DNA from: a virus
Taxonomy: Duplodnaviria; Caudoviricetes
Length of the DNA: 64,000 bases
Virus record (IMG/VR): IMGVR_UViG_3300002220_000024
Coordinates: 543-64,542 of that record
Strand: one strand, 5' to 3'
The translations under genes and the position numbers were made by a program. Below the pieces are notes generated by a model. That model had not been told where the DNA came from. It saw only the letters and a list, made by a program, of their open reading frames with translations, and made no database searches. This document shows positions 42,533 to 52,911 of this stretch, piece by piece. How positions within the stretch are numbered: the stretch's first letter is position 1; each line of letters begins with the position of its first letter.

Positions 42533-42913
42533 CTAACTTCTATAATCTATACTAACCAACTCTTTCCTATTATAAAAGAAATTTTTCTTAAAGAACAGAT
42601 AAGTTTCAGTTTCTTTCTCTCTATCTAAAGACATACCATATACTTGTTTTGGAAACCGTAATTGAATTTCTGTTTTTGGTTTAAATTCATCACCATCTTT
42701 CCAATTTTCCCAAGCATCAATATCACTAATTGTAATAGTTTTAAAAGATTCCCAAACACCATCATCATTTGGTATAGAACTAGAACCTTGATAAATCATA
42801 CCAAAACCATATCTAGGAGTGTATGATACAGTTAAGATATAAAAATCTTTCTTTTCTTCAAGTGTAATTGAATCAATTTCTGGGATTTTATCCACAACTT
42901 CAATCAAAGACAC
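42533..42913 (-). CDS. Hypothetical protein
   Basis: ORF track. Confidence 0.55.
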   Translation of the reverse strand: MSLIEVVDKIPEIDSITLEEKKDFYILTVSYTPRYGFGMIYQGSSSIPNDDGVWESFKTITISDIDAWENWKDGDEFKPKTEIQLRFPKQVYGMSLDREKETETYLFFKKNFFYNRKELVSIDYRS

Positions 42914-43062
42914 TACATTCTCCTAGTTCATCAATATCTAGTTCAGCTAAAATAATTTTAGCTTCTTTTAAGATAAGATCACTGTCACTTAAAGGTTTTT
43001 TAACATTTTCTAAAACAATCTTTTTTTCTATTACCAATTCAAGATTGTTTGTTCTTATTAAT

Positions 43063-43236
43063 TCAAGACTGCTCATAATACTTAACCGTTCTTTTAAATA
43101 TTGTTTTTGGGTCTCGAATATTCTTAGTTACAAGAACAGTTTTTCCATTCTTACTAAAAATTGGATGATTTCCATCTTTAACTAAGACAAAACCATTTTG
43201 TTCAAGCATTTCTTTAAGTTTCCGATAATTTTTCAT
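43063..43236 (-). CDS. HicA-like small protein (not in ORF track)
   Basis: MKNYRKLKEMLEQNGFVLVKDGNHPIFSKNGKTVLVTKNIRDPKTIFKRTVKYYEQS; ATGA overlap with the HNH gene. Confidence 0.55.
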   Translation of the reverse strand: MKNYRKLKEMLEQNGFVLVKDGNHPIFSKNGKTVLVTKNIRDPKTIFKRTVKYYEQS

Positions 43237-43970
43237 TTTATTCTTTCTTTGAAAGAACCTTTGTTTTGAAGGTTATCCGATATTTTTTTTATCCAGGTTT
43301 CAAATTCTTCTAAATCTAAAGCTCTTTTAGCCCTATTACAAAGTTCACAACAGGTTACACAGTTTTCCAAACTGTATCCTTTTGAATTATCAACTCTATC
43401 TAATCCATGTACTAAAATTACTAAAGGATTATTTTTAGATTTACCCTTAACTTCTCTATCTGGATAAGAATCACAATAATAACATTTTTTACTTATCAAT
43501 AAACAGAAATCTTCATTAGATATATTCCATTCATGATTTCTTTTTCTTGCGTTGTCTTGATATCTGCTATATTGTTGATTTTTTAAAATATTTTCATCAG
43601 CTTTTCTACTATACTCATAATATTTTTGTTTATAACAAGATTTACAACATATACAAGGTCCATCTAAATCATTTGTTCCTTTTTTAAAATCTTGACCACA
43701 AATACATTTTAAAACATATTTATGTTCAGATTTTATATAATCAATAATTTCACAGTCTTTTATTAAGTCTCCTATATTAAATTTCTTTTTAAATTCTCCT
43801 GCACAACTTCTACAACAGTTGTGAACACCCATATTACTGGGTTTTATTTTTGATAAATTACCACAATCACATTTACATAAGTAATAATTTCTTAATGGAT
43901 TTCTTACATAAACTCTTTCTAAGACGGTATAATTATTAACTTTTTCTCCGATAGAGAATTCTTTTTTCAT
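43233..43970 (-). mobile_element. Free-standing HNH-type homing endonuclease with Cys-rich repeats
   Basis: YLCKCDCGN and LKCICG repeats; CYYC..GLDRVDNSKGYSLENCVTCC..CNRAK. Confidence 0.85.
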
Positions 43971-44083
43971 TCTAATCTCCTATTCATTTATATTGTTGTA
44001 CTATCTCCCTAAGATATATACACCGAAAACAAATGAATAGGAAACAAAAGATTTCTTAACGGCTAACGTTCCGTCATGCCGGT

Positions 44084-44112
44084 ATTATACAGTCGGACTA
44101 TTCAGTAGTCAA
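44084..44112 (-). promoter_or_regulatory. Promoter module P10
   Basis: TTGACT-ACTGAATAGTCCGACTG(17)-TATAAT. Confidence 0.85.
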
Positions 44113-44131
44113 CCATCGAACTAAAAATCAT

Positions 44132-44611
44132 TCAGTCTTTTTTCAATGGAGTGACCAAAAGTGGACAGTTTGAGAATAACATATCTTGAATAATTACCAT
44201 ATTAATTACCTTTTCATTCTCGGCTGTATAAGGAGGAATAAATTCAATAACTTTAACAGTATCTCCAGATTCACAACCAGAACCCATTGAAGAGTATAAC
44301 TTCTTAAGAATAGTATATTCTCCTGGTTCAACTTTATCTTTAGAAAGATCAAACGTTTTTACCAACCTAGAAATCCATTCTTCTGTTAAATCTTTATAAC
44401 TATATGGGATATTATGATCGCAAACGAAACCATATTCTTTTGGATATAGAATTTTTACATCATAATAATAACCATATAGCTGTCCTAAAATACAAGTTGA
44501 TGGTAAAGACATATTAAATTTTTGTAAATCAATTTTACCTTGCCATCCAGGATAAATAGAATTTAATAAAGCAACACCACGATCAACTTCTTTTGAATAA
44601 TCAAATTTCAT
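44132..44611 (-). CDS. CILGQL-family paralog 1 (unknown function)
   Basis: RGV.LLN..YPGW..KIDL...NM.....CILGQLYG; similar to 49475 and 52255. Confidence 0.7.
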   Translation of the reverse strand: MKFDYSKEVDRGVALLNSIYPGWQGKIDLQKFNMSLPSTCILGQLYGYYYDVKILYPKEYGFVCDHNIPYSYKDLTEEWISRLVKTFDLSKDKVEPGEYTILKKLYSSMGSGCESGDTVKVIEFIPPYTAENEKVINMVIIQDMLFSNCPLLVTPLKKD

Positions 44612-44972
44612 TACAAACTCCTAAATAAGAACGGTAGCAACCACAACCAATAATATTATCAATAGGAACAACATGATTATACAAATAGGTATATGCTGGT
44701 CCAAAATCAGTATCAACCAACTCTCTAGAGTAGAGATTAGGATAACCTTCTAGTCTATCTAAATTTTCTAAAGTTTCAAAATCAACACTATAGACCTCTC
44801 CCCAAACACAACTATCACTATTAAAATTAAGCTTTACACAACCTGGAAAATAACCTAAATCAAATAGTAATAAGTTTTCTACTAAGGAATATCCTAAAAA
44901 CTCAGAATCTTTCAGAAGATAATTATTATACATATCTTTCATTAAGGTTCCGTAAACAAATACTTTAATCAT
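44601..44972 (-). CDS. Gamma-glutamylcyclotransferase (AIG2-like)
   Basis: VFVYGTL, GEVY.V, LDRLEGYP..Y.R. Confidence 0.9.
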   Translation of the reverse strand: MIKVFVYGTLMKDMYNNYLLKDSEFLGYSLVENLLLFDLGYFPGCVKLNFNSDSCVWGEVYSVDFETLENLDRLEGYPNLYSRELVDTDFGPAYTYLYNHVVPIDNIIGCGCYRSYLGVCNEI

Positions 44973-45607
44973 CTATAGTTCCATTTATCTTTATAATAAC
45001 TATCTGACGGATCATAACCATAATATTTTAACACTTCAACATCTTCTTCGTCATAAGCATAATTATCAAGATAAGCATAAGAGGAATAAAAATCCTTATC
45101 ATATAATTTATAGTCTAACCAACGAAGATTACTGAAATAATTACCTTCATATTCTTCAAATCTACCAACAAGTCTTGTACTTTTCTTATTCATAAATACT
45201 AACTTGTTATCACCAACAATTTTTGGAAGATGATCTAATAAATTATTAGTTACTTTTGCAGCTCTCATTAGTTGAGCAAAATGCCAAGTATCAGACATTT
45301 TCTTTTTGTAAATGTTAATGTCTAACGTACCATTGTGCATTAAATATGTACTACCCCCACAATAAAAAGGATGACAATTATCATTGTTAATATTGCCAAC
45401 AGTAGCAATTCTAAAATGGGCAACATACTCTCTATCGCGAAACTTATGCAAAAGATCAATAATATAATCAATCTCATACAATCCTTTGTGGGTTACAACC
45501 CTATTGTTTTCTTGATACATTAACCCAAAACCATCAGGGTTAGAAGTAAAACAATCAACAATAGTGTTTTCATCAAGTGTGTCAACTTTATGAATGATTA
45601 CGCACAT
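44969..45607 (-). CDS. Class II glutamine amidotransferase
   Basis: N-terminal MC, NPDGFG, HFRIAT.G, NCHPF, MHNG, SDT. Confidence 0.9.
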   Translation of the reverse strand: MCVIIHKVDTLDENTIVDCFTSNPDGFGLMYQENNRVVTHKGLYEIDYIIDLLHKFRDREYVAHFRIATVGNINNDNCHPFYCGGSTYLMHNGTLDINIYKKKMSDTWHFAQLMRAAKVTNNLLDHLPKIVGDNKLVFMNKKSTRLVGRFEEYEGNYFSNLRWLDYKLYDKDFYSSYAYLDNYAYDEEDVEVLKYYGYDPSDSYYKDKWNYR

Positions 45608-46761
45608 ACTTCTTCACCTTTCATGTTAAATTTTCGAGACTCTAAATAAGGTTTAATCCATATGGATTTTTCAGGAAGCCACTCCATAAACTTTTTCCAG
45701 GTTAAATCCTTAATCTTATCGCATTCTTTACAATACTCATGAGTAAAGTAAGACAATTCAATACATGCTAATAATCTTTCCTTTTTTGTAGTTCCACGAA
45801 AAGCACGAACTTCAACAGTTCTATGAGTAACATTTACAATATTGTATTTATCTTCGAAATCGTAGTACCAACCATAATCTTTATCATTAAAATTGGAGAT
45901 ACATTTTGAAGAATCTTTCTGTGCATAACTTGTGCAATTCCTTTTGGCAAACTCTAAAATAAAATCATCATTATCTGGATCGTTCCAGAAGCAAATCATT
46001 TTTGCTGTTGTGAAATTTGTATATTTACTTAAATGAACATGAAGTCCACAACAACTTGTATCATGACTAATTGCTTTTCCACTAACAGTATTACAAACTC
46101 TTTCTGCTAGTTTAAGAACAACATCTAAATCTCCATAATTAGAAATAATCTCAAAACCTTCATCATCTAAAGAACCATCTTCTTCACAATGAAGATTTTC
46201 AAGTTCTAAAACTTCTTCTGCTAATTCGTCACGGTCAACTTTAGGAATAATCTCTAGTTCAAACCCGACATAATTACCAGAATTAGAACCAGAAATTTTT
46301 TCTTTATCGCAAGAATGATATGAACAAATTCCGTTAGAACTTGGTGGATCAACATAATATTCTCCACCATAATAAGTTAAATCATCAAAATTATACCAAG
46401 CAGATGAATCATAAGGAATACAACCATCTTCTTGACAACTTTCACAAACATTATCATCATTACTGTCGTATAATGTGGATTCTCTTAAAACATAACTATT
46501 GCAATATTCACAGTTACAATAATCATAATCACATCCATCGCAAACATTATGTTCATTAACTTCTAATACAGTTTCTTCACAATGATGGCAATATGGAAGA
46601 TTATCATGACAACTTTCACAATATTCATTACCACAAACAGTAAATGAATCTTGTTCGTCAAGAATTTTCTCTCCGCACTCTTCACATTCAGAAAGATTAT
46701 CTAAACAAGGCTGACACAACTCTTGTTCAACAACTTCTTCATTATCACAATTATTGCACAT
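45598..46761 (-). CDS. Amidoligase (glutamine-synthetase-like fold) with N-terminal CxxC repeats
   Basis: GFELE, EDGSL, FEI.S, CGLHVH, Y..VN, TVEVR.FRGT; about 8 CxxC pairs in the first 110 aa. Confidence 0.8.
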   Translation of the reverse strand: MCNNCDNEEVVEQELCQPCLDNLSECEECGEKILDEQDSFTVCGNEYCESCHDNLPYCHHCEETVLEVNEHNVCDGCDYDYCNCEYCNSYVLRESTLYDSNDDNVCESCQEDGCIPYDSSAWYNFDDLTYYGGEYYVDPPSSNGICSYHSCDKEKISGSNSGNYVGFELEIIPKVDRDELAEEVLELENLHCEEDGSLDDEGFEIISNYGDLDVVLKLAERVCNTVSGKAISHDTSCCGLHVHLSKYTNFTTAKMICFWNDPDNDDFILEFAKRNCTSYAQKDSSKCISNFNDKDYGWYYDFEDKYNIVNVTHRTVEVRAFRGTTKKERLLACIELSYFTHEYCKECDKIKDLTWKKFMEWLPEKSIWIKPYLESRKFNMKGEEVCA

Positions 46762-46878
46762 AAATATCCTTTATCTTAAAACAACCACGACAAACAACAT
46801 CTTTACTTACGAAATTGCCACAAATTGAAAAAGAGGTAAAATAAACATTAAAGAGGTTGTAAACTTTACCTTTATGAA

Positions 46879-47253
46879 TTATTCTGAGGCACATTTTTTA
46901 CCTATACCCGATAAAATAGAATTTCTATCTGTAAGTGTGCGATTACATACTCTACATTTTCCTTCATGATGATATTCCATAAAAGGAAAAATAGTAGGGT
47001 CTTCAATTATCTTTGCAAGCATTTTATATTGCTTCGTTCTATACTTCTTCCATAAAGTAATTTTCTCACCATTCACAAAACCAAAAGGCAAATAATCAGA
47101 TTCATTATTCTGACCAATGAGTAAATAAATAATTCTTGCAGAAGGAGCAAATTTAGCATCCTTCTTTTGAGTTTTAATCATAAATGTTCTTTGATTTCCA
47201 GTTTTAGGATTGTAAACTGTAATCTTACCATTATGAGTTTTAATGGAAAACAT
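46879..47253 (-). CDS. DUF6011-like zinc-finger protein
   Basis: C-terminal CRVCNRTLTD..S...GIG..C. Confidence 0.65.
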   Translation of the reverse strand: MFSIKTHNGKITVYNPKTGNQRTFMIKTQKKDAKFAPSARIIYLLIGQNNESDYLPFGFVNGEKITLWKKYRTKQYKMLAKIIEDPTIFPFMEYHHEGKCRVCNRTLTDRNSILSGIGKKCASE

Positions 47254-47294
47254 TCTTTACTTTCATTCTGGTGGATATCGACTGGACAGCCTAC

Positions 47295-47323
47295 ATTTTA
47301 CACCGTATTCATTCGCTAGTCAA
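47295..47323 (-). promoter_or_regulatory. Promoter module P11
   Basis: TTGACT-AGCGAATGAATACGGTG(17)-TAAAAT. Confidence 0.8.
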
Positions 47324-47342
47324 GTGTGTTTTCAGAATTTTT

Positions 47343-47920
47343 TCAAAACGCCTGAATGTAATAGGGTCGATCTTCTTCAGGTAGAATCTTACAATCTTTT
47401 CTTTCCATATCATAAAAAGAGTTAATCTCTCTAAAAATCCTACTCTTAATTTTATAGGTTTTATTATTATGGGTTAGGTAGAAGTAGTAATATTCTCCTT
47501 CTCTTACTATATCATTTTTCTTTCTAAACCAGTTTACAGCCCTATATCCATTTTCTTCTGGTAGTTGCAACCATTTATAAAAAATATATTGAGATAAAAT
47601 AAGATTACCACTTTCCTTATTGTGGTAGTGATTTAAAACAATTTTCTCAACATAGATTTCTTCTATATTTGTGATCGGAATATAAGATAAAAGGAGAAAA
47701 AATAGTGTTTTCATTCCTTCTTTTCGCCTTCTACTAAAGAGAAAAATCCAATAGCACCAAAAATAACCCCACCAACAATATGAAGTCCTGCAATTTCTGA
47801 TAAATCAGGATCAGAAGCAGTTATTAAACCAACCAAAATACCAATTAAACCAATAATTAAATAAAGTACAGCGTAACCATTACTCATAAAACATTCCACA
47901 AAAAATAAAGAAATTACCAA
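47343..47920 (-). other. Hypothetical CDS 47343-47714 (signal-peptide-like start) and 47711-47920 (two TM segments)
   Basis: ORF track; hydrophobicity. Confidence 0.55.
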
Positions 47921-48019
47921 TCAAAAATAAATACAAAAAAGATGTTTGATATTCAAAGTCAGTTAGAGAAAGAAAAGAAGCAAAATAAAACAACAAACCA
48001 AAAATAAAAAAGATATATT

Positions 48020-48679
48020 TCATAGATCCAATAATAATCCTTGATAGAAAAGTTTATTCCTATGATTCAAACAAGCCGCATTAACATAAGTAGTAACACC
48101 ATTAGAATATATTCCTCTATTATATAGAGTATCTTCTGTATGAATATGACCAAAGAAATGATATTTAGGTTTAATTGCTTCGATCCTATTAGCTAGGCTT
48201 TGACAACCAACTTGAACAATATTACTTCTATCATTCTCATCATGAGCTAAATCTAATATCCCTTTACTAGGTCCATGAGTTATTATTATATCTACATTAT
48301 CTGGAATACTACTCCAAATAACTTCTCCCCTATTTCTCTTATACATAAAAGCCCAGTCTCCATATTTTGGAGTATATGGAGAACCAAATATATTTAATCC
48401 TTCAATATTAATTGACTCATGTTCAAGATAAGTAATACCTTTCCATTTTCGCGGATCAACCAATCTTTTATAAATTGCAGTAGAGTGATTTCCTGCAATC
48501 ATAATTTTGTATTTTGCTTTTTGTTGTGAGAACCAATCAAGAAAATCTATTTCTTCTTTTTCATTAATTGCTGGATCTCGACTATTTGTAGAATCACCAC
48601 AGAATATAATCATATCACATTCTGGAATATTTAAATTAGTGTGTAAATTATGACTGTCTGAAAATATATAGCACTTCAT
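48020..48679 (-). CDS. Metallophosphoesterase (MPPED-like)
   Basis: SDSH, CGD, AGNH, ITHGP, FGHIH. Confidence 0.9.
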   Translation of the reverse strand: MKCYIFSDSHNLHTNLNIPECDMIIFCGDSTNSRDPAINEKEEIDFLDWFSQQKAKYKIMIAGNHSTAIYKRLVDPRKWKGITYLEHESINIEGLNIFGSPYTPKYGDWAFMYKRNRGEVIWSSIPDNVDIIITHGPSKGILDLAHDENDRSNIVQVGCQSLANRIEAIKPKYHFFGHIHTEDTLYNRGIYSNGVTTYVNAACLNHRNKLFYQGLLLDL

Positions 48680-48681
48680 TT

Positions 48682-49304
48682 TTATTCTTTACCTGCAATA
48701 TAACCGCTAAACCAAATAATATGTTCTTGTGGATGTTGTTCTTTTGAATAGGGATTCGCAAGAATATCTATTCCTTTTTCTGCTGATTTCTTTCCATTAT
48801 CATAAATGGTTTGAATTTGTTGTTTTTGTTTTTCTACTTGTAGATTATGACCTTTTACAACAAAATAAAATACAACAATAAAAACAACAATACTAAGGAT
48901 ACATAAGAAATAAACTAAATACTCGTCTGAATCATATTCTTTTTTCATTGTTCTACTTTTGGTGCAATAACATTAAGATCAACACTCTCTGAATAATAAC
49001 CATTAGATTCTCCAATCCAACGACTAATAACAGTATCTTCATTTGTAATGAATTTGAAATTAGTACAAGTATAAGACTCATATGGTTCTTCTGGCATTTC
49101 AGAAATAAAATCATCATTATCGACTTCAACCATAAGAAGTTTCTTTCCTACTAATTGGTGTGGATCACCCTTCCAATCATAGATATAAACTTGCTCGCAG
49201 CAATCTTGATAATGATAAAAATGAAGCTTTGTTCCATCTTCAAGAGTAATCATTACTTCATTACTATCAAAATCAATATGAGTCACAACTTTATCAATTT
49301 GCAT
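48682..49304 (-). other. Membrane-anchored CDS 48682-48948 and conserved acidic phage protein 48945-49304
   Basis: One TM helix; second has H.QDCCE.V..W.G.SNGYYSE. Confidence 0.6.
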
Positions 49305-49474
49305 TTTGTTTTCCTTAAAATAATCCTATAGTAGCACACAAAAAATCATCAAAATCATCCTGATCCATTTTATCTTTCAATTCCAAGAATCTTGTATATT
49401 CTTCATCAGTTAATCCATATAATTCTGATGATTGAATTAATTCTTGAAATTCTCTTAGTTCCTCTTGAGAAAGA

Positions 49475-49780
49475 TTATACACTTCTTAATTCCTTAATTT
49501 TATTTTCCCATTCTTGTTGAAGAATTCCCCAAGCTAAAACATCTTTTTCTTCATCTTCATACGAAACACCAAAACCCATTTCTTCTGTTTCATTCCAAGA
49601 AAGGTTATATTCATGTTTAATTGAGTGAAAACCACAAATATCTTCTCCTGGTCTAACTTGACCTAAAATACAACATTTTCCATCTGTCATATTTAATTCT
49701 TCTAAATTTATTTTACCTAACCAATCAGAAAAGTTTTCATTAAGAAACGCAACACCAGATTCAATTTGTTTTTCAAACAT
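49475..49780 (-). CDS. CILGQL-family paralog 2
   Basis: GV.FLN....W..KINL..LNM....CCILGQV. Confidence 0.7.
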   Translation of the reverse strand: MFEKQIESGVAFLNENFSDWLGKINLEELNMTDGKCCILGQVRPGEDICGFHSIKHEYNLSWNETEEMGFGVSYEDEEKDVLAWGILQQEWENKIKELRSV

Positions 49781-49811
49781 TATTTTCTTTCAAAAGAGGA
49801 TAAATAAACAA

Positions 49812-49885
49812 TAGGGTTAGTGGGGCATGATCCCACAATCTTCACCTTATAAGGATGCTGCTTTAACCAATTAAGCTATAACCCA
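49812..49885 (-). tRNA. tRNA-Ile(TAT), isolated and atypical
   Basis: GGGTTA/TAACCC with T1.T72, D arm GCTT-AATTGGTTA-AAGC, loop CTTATAA, T arm GTGGG-ATCATGC-CCCAC. Confidence 0.7.
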
Positions 49886-49893
49886 ATAACAAT

Positions 49894-51432
49894 TTACTTT
49901 ACAAACTTACACCAATAACCACTATATTCTGCTACTGTTCCAAATTCACTTCTCAATTTTACTTCAATATCATCACCCATAACAGATAAAGACACTGTAT
50001 ATCCTTTTTCATTAAAGTAATCTGAAATATCTCTCGTATTATGAAAGATAATCTTTTGGTCAAGATTTGAGAATTCATCTTGATTTTCTAAAACAATAAC
50101 GTTCATACAAATACCTTAAATAAAGAAAGAATTGTGAATCCTACTACCCACCAACATAGTAGACAAAAAAGTAAACATACAGAAAAAACAGTAAGTCTAA
50201 GCCAATCAATCATAATTTATCCCAAAACAGAGTATTCGTTTCCTAGAATCTTAATTCTCTTAATAGAGGAAATATTATAATCCCTCAAAATAATATCTGT
50301 ATCCAATCCTTGATTAGCTTTTCTTTGCGGTAAAAAAGGTTTTACATCATCATTTTCAATTCTTTTTTCACCTAGAAAATAATCTGGCTTTTGAGTTGAC
50401 TGGACTTTAACCTCAATATAGTAATTATCTTTATGTTTTATTAATGGGGTTCCTTCAATTCTAATTCCCCAAACTCTAGGTTGAGCCACAAAATCAGATT
50501 CTTTTTCTTCTCTGATTCTTTGGTTATTAACCATATTGGTATAATTACCATTCAAAACACCAGCAATTTTACTTCTCTTAATCAATCCTTTTAGTGGATT
50601 ACTTTTACCTCCCAGCAATTTTTGTTCTGTTTCAGTTTCAATAGAAACAAATGTGGCACCTTTTTGTTTAGCCACAATGTTAAGTAATTCTTGTTTAGTA
50701 ATAGTTTTCATATAAATACTCTACAATGTAAAGAATGCCACGATCAACAATAGGGAAAAACCATTAAAACAAACTTCATTATTATGTGTAATGTAAGTTG
50801 ATTTAATTCCGTCTCTATAAAAACTTGGGGTTAATAGAGTATAAATCTTACCATTAGATAATAGGATTTGCATTATTAGTTCTTATGCAATAGATTTGCA
50901 ACAATAATAGATAATAATAGTGCTATAGAATTTTTATATTCTATTGTTGAATCAACATTCAATACTTGATATCCAAGTAGGCTAAAAATAACACCAATTA
51001 ATCCGCAAGCAATAAACAATCTCATTTTCAATACTCTTATTGTGTTAAACCCAAACATACCGGACCAAATTAAATTAATTTATCATGGTGTAAAAATAGA
51101 TTTTTCTATTACTCCTGTATTAATATTCCATTCACAAGTCATAAAAGCCATATTTGTGTAGAAAAAACCTATACAAACTACTTCTACTCTATCAAAAGCA
51201 TAATAAGGAAAGGATTGAAAATATTGAATCATTTTATTATTCCGTAGTACTGTAAATCTTCCAACTCAACATACATATCTAGTGTACGATCATAATACTT
51301 TCCTTCAATACGATCATAAAACAAAACATCATAATTATGATGAGAAGGAGAAAATACAGTTTCAAGACCATTGTTTCGGTCACAATACTGTTGAACTTCA
51401 TTCTTTGAAGTTGTTATAGTTTCAATAATCAT
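49894..51432 (-). other. Hypothetical CDS (49894-50106, 50217-50711, 50876-51058 membrane, 51229-51432)
   Basis: ORF track. Confidence 0.55.
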
Positions 51433-51860
51433 TTAATAATATCCCTAACCTGCATTAAGATTCTACCTAAATGGTTTTCACCAATATTAGGATTTGATTT
51501 TAAACAAACTCCCCACACTATATCTCCCCATACATTACCTTCAACAAGATTTTGATTTCCTGTTGCAATTAATTTTTCACCCAAATCTTTATTCTGTCTA
51601 AACTTAGACAAAACTGCAATTTTCATTGCATTGAATTTAACTTCTTCCCAATCATGAACCAAATCAATTTTTCTTCCTAATCTTTTAATTTGTCCACAAG
51701 TCAAATCTTTTCTTTGACATTCTTTTTGCCATTCATCAGAAGTATTCTTGAATGACATAAAAGCATGTTCAGAGCTTGGAAATTCTTTCAATCCAATAAC
51801 AACTTTACAAGGAAAGAAATTACTTAAAAATGAAAACTCATCTTTAAACTCTAGAATCAT
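51429..51860 (-). CDS. NADAR family protein
   Basis: FLSNF.P, SSEH.F..K, K.LGR, KF.QN..L...L.ATG...LVEGN.WGD..WG, G.N.LG.ILM.VR. Confidence 0.9.
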   Translation of the reverse strand: MILEFKDEFSFLSNFFPCKVVIGLKEFPSSEHAFMSFKNTSDEWQKECQRKDLTCGQIKRLGRKIDLVHDWEEVKFNAMKIAVLSKFRQNKDLGEKLIATGNQNLVEGNVWGDIVWGVCLKSNPNIGENHLGRILMQVRDIIK

Positions 51861-52162
51861 TTATTCACCTTCTCAACAAACTTTTCAAAAAATGCTTTTA
51901 CTTGTGGAATATTAATATCACGACACAATTCTTTATGAACAAGATTTGTACCACGCCCATAGTTTACATATGTTTGGTCATAATACATCTTCAGACAATG
52001 AAACTTACGTTCAGCTTCATCTTTCTTTCCATTCAACATAGAATAAAGAACATACTCTAATGGTTGAGTTTCAAAGTTATATTTCTTCTTCAGAATTTTT
52101 CCTTCTGGAGCAAGATTCATAACAGTTTTCTTCAACACGTTTTTCGCATTCTTTACTAACAT
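51857..52162 (-). CDS. Hypothetical protein
   Basis: ORF track. Confidence 0.55.
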   Translation of the reverse strand: MLVKNAKNVLKKTVMNLAPEGKILKKKYNFETQPLEYVLYSMLNGKKDEAERKFHCLKMYYDQTYVNYGRGTNLVHKELCRDINIPQVKAFFEKFVEKVNK

Positions 52163-52206
52163 TTTTACTCTCTCTTTTGTTGGATTATCGTTCCCGTCAA
52201 GCCCCC

Positions 52207-52235
52207 ATTATACATAAGGACTATTCAGTAGTCAA
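52207..52235 (-). promoter_or_regulatory. Promoter module P12
   Basis: TTGACT-ACTGAATAGTCCTTATG(17)-TATAAT. Confidence 0.85.
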
Positions 52236-52254
52236 CCATCGGTTCAAAAATCGT

Positions 52255-52716
52255 TCAAACCTTTTTTGGAACAACGATTATTGGAGGATCAAGATATAAA
52301 CGATTATTATGTACTATTACATTGCATACATTATTTTTGGTTTCTAACCCATCTATATATTCTTTCTCTAATACATCAATTACATCGCCCTCTATAAACC
52401 CTTGTTGATTTACACCAAAAACAATATATTTTCCTGGTTTTACATCATCAATATCTAGGTTAAATTTTTGTATAAAACGAGATTTCCATTCTTTTGTTAG
52501 TTTTAGCATATCACTATCACTAATTGTGCTGAATCCATATTCAAAACATTGATCATGAGTTAAAGGATTTAAACAATAATCTCCATATAGTTGGCCAAGA
52601 ATACATAGTTTTGGATCACCCATATTTAAATTATCAATATCGATTTTTTCTTTCCATCCTGGATTGAAGAAATTTAAAAACATAACACCACGATTAACAA
52701 CTTCTTTAATATTCAT
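52255..52716 (-). CDS. CILGQL-family paralog 3
   Basis: RGV.FLN..NPGW..KIDI..LNM....CILGQLYG..EYGF..LT.EW.SR; C-terminal module shared with 44132. Confidence 0.7.
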   Translation of the reverse strand: MNIKEVVNRGVMFLNFFNPGWKEKIDIDNLNMGDPKLCILGQLYGDYCLNPLTHDQCFEYGFSTISDSDMLKLTKEWKSRFIQKFNLDIDDVKPGKYIVFGVNQQGFIEGDVIDVLEKEYIDGLETKNNVCNVIVHNNRLYLDPPIIVVPKKV

Positions 52717-52911
52717 TTTATTTTATTTAAAACCAAAAAACATAACAAAGAATAAACACCAGACCCTATTAACATAATAGATTCTACAAAACCAAAACAG
52801 AAACATCCTATCATTTTATCCACAACACAAATAAAAGAGGAATCCAACTAATAAAAGCTATCAAACCACCTAATAAAAAACTTTTCATTTTACTATTCAT
52901 TTTTACCTTTC

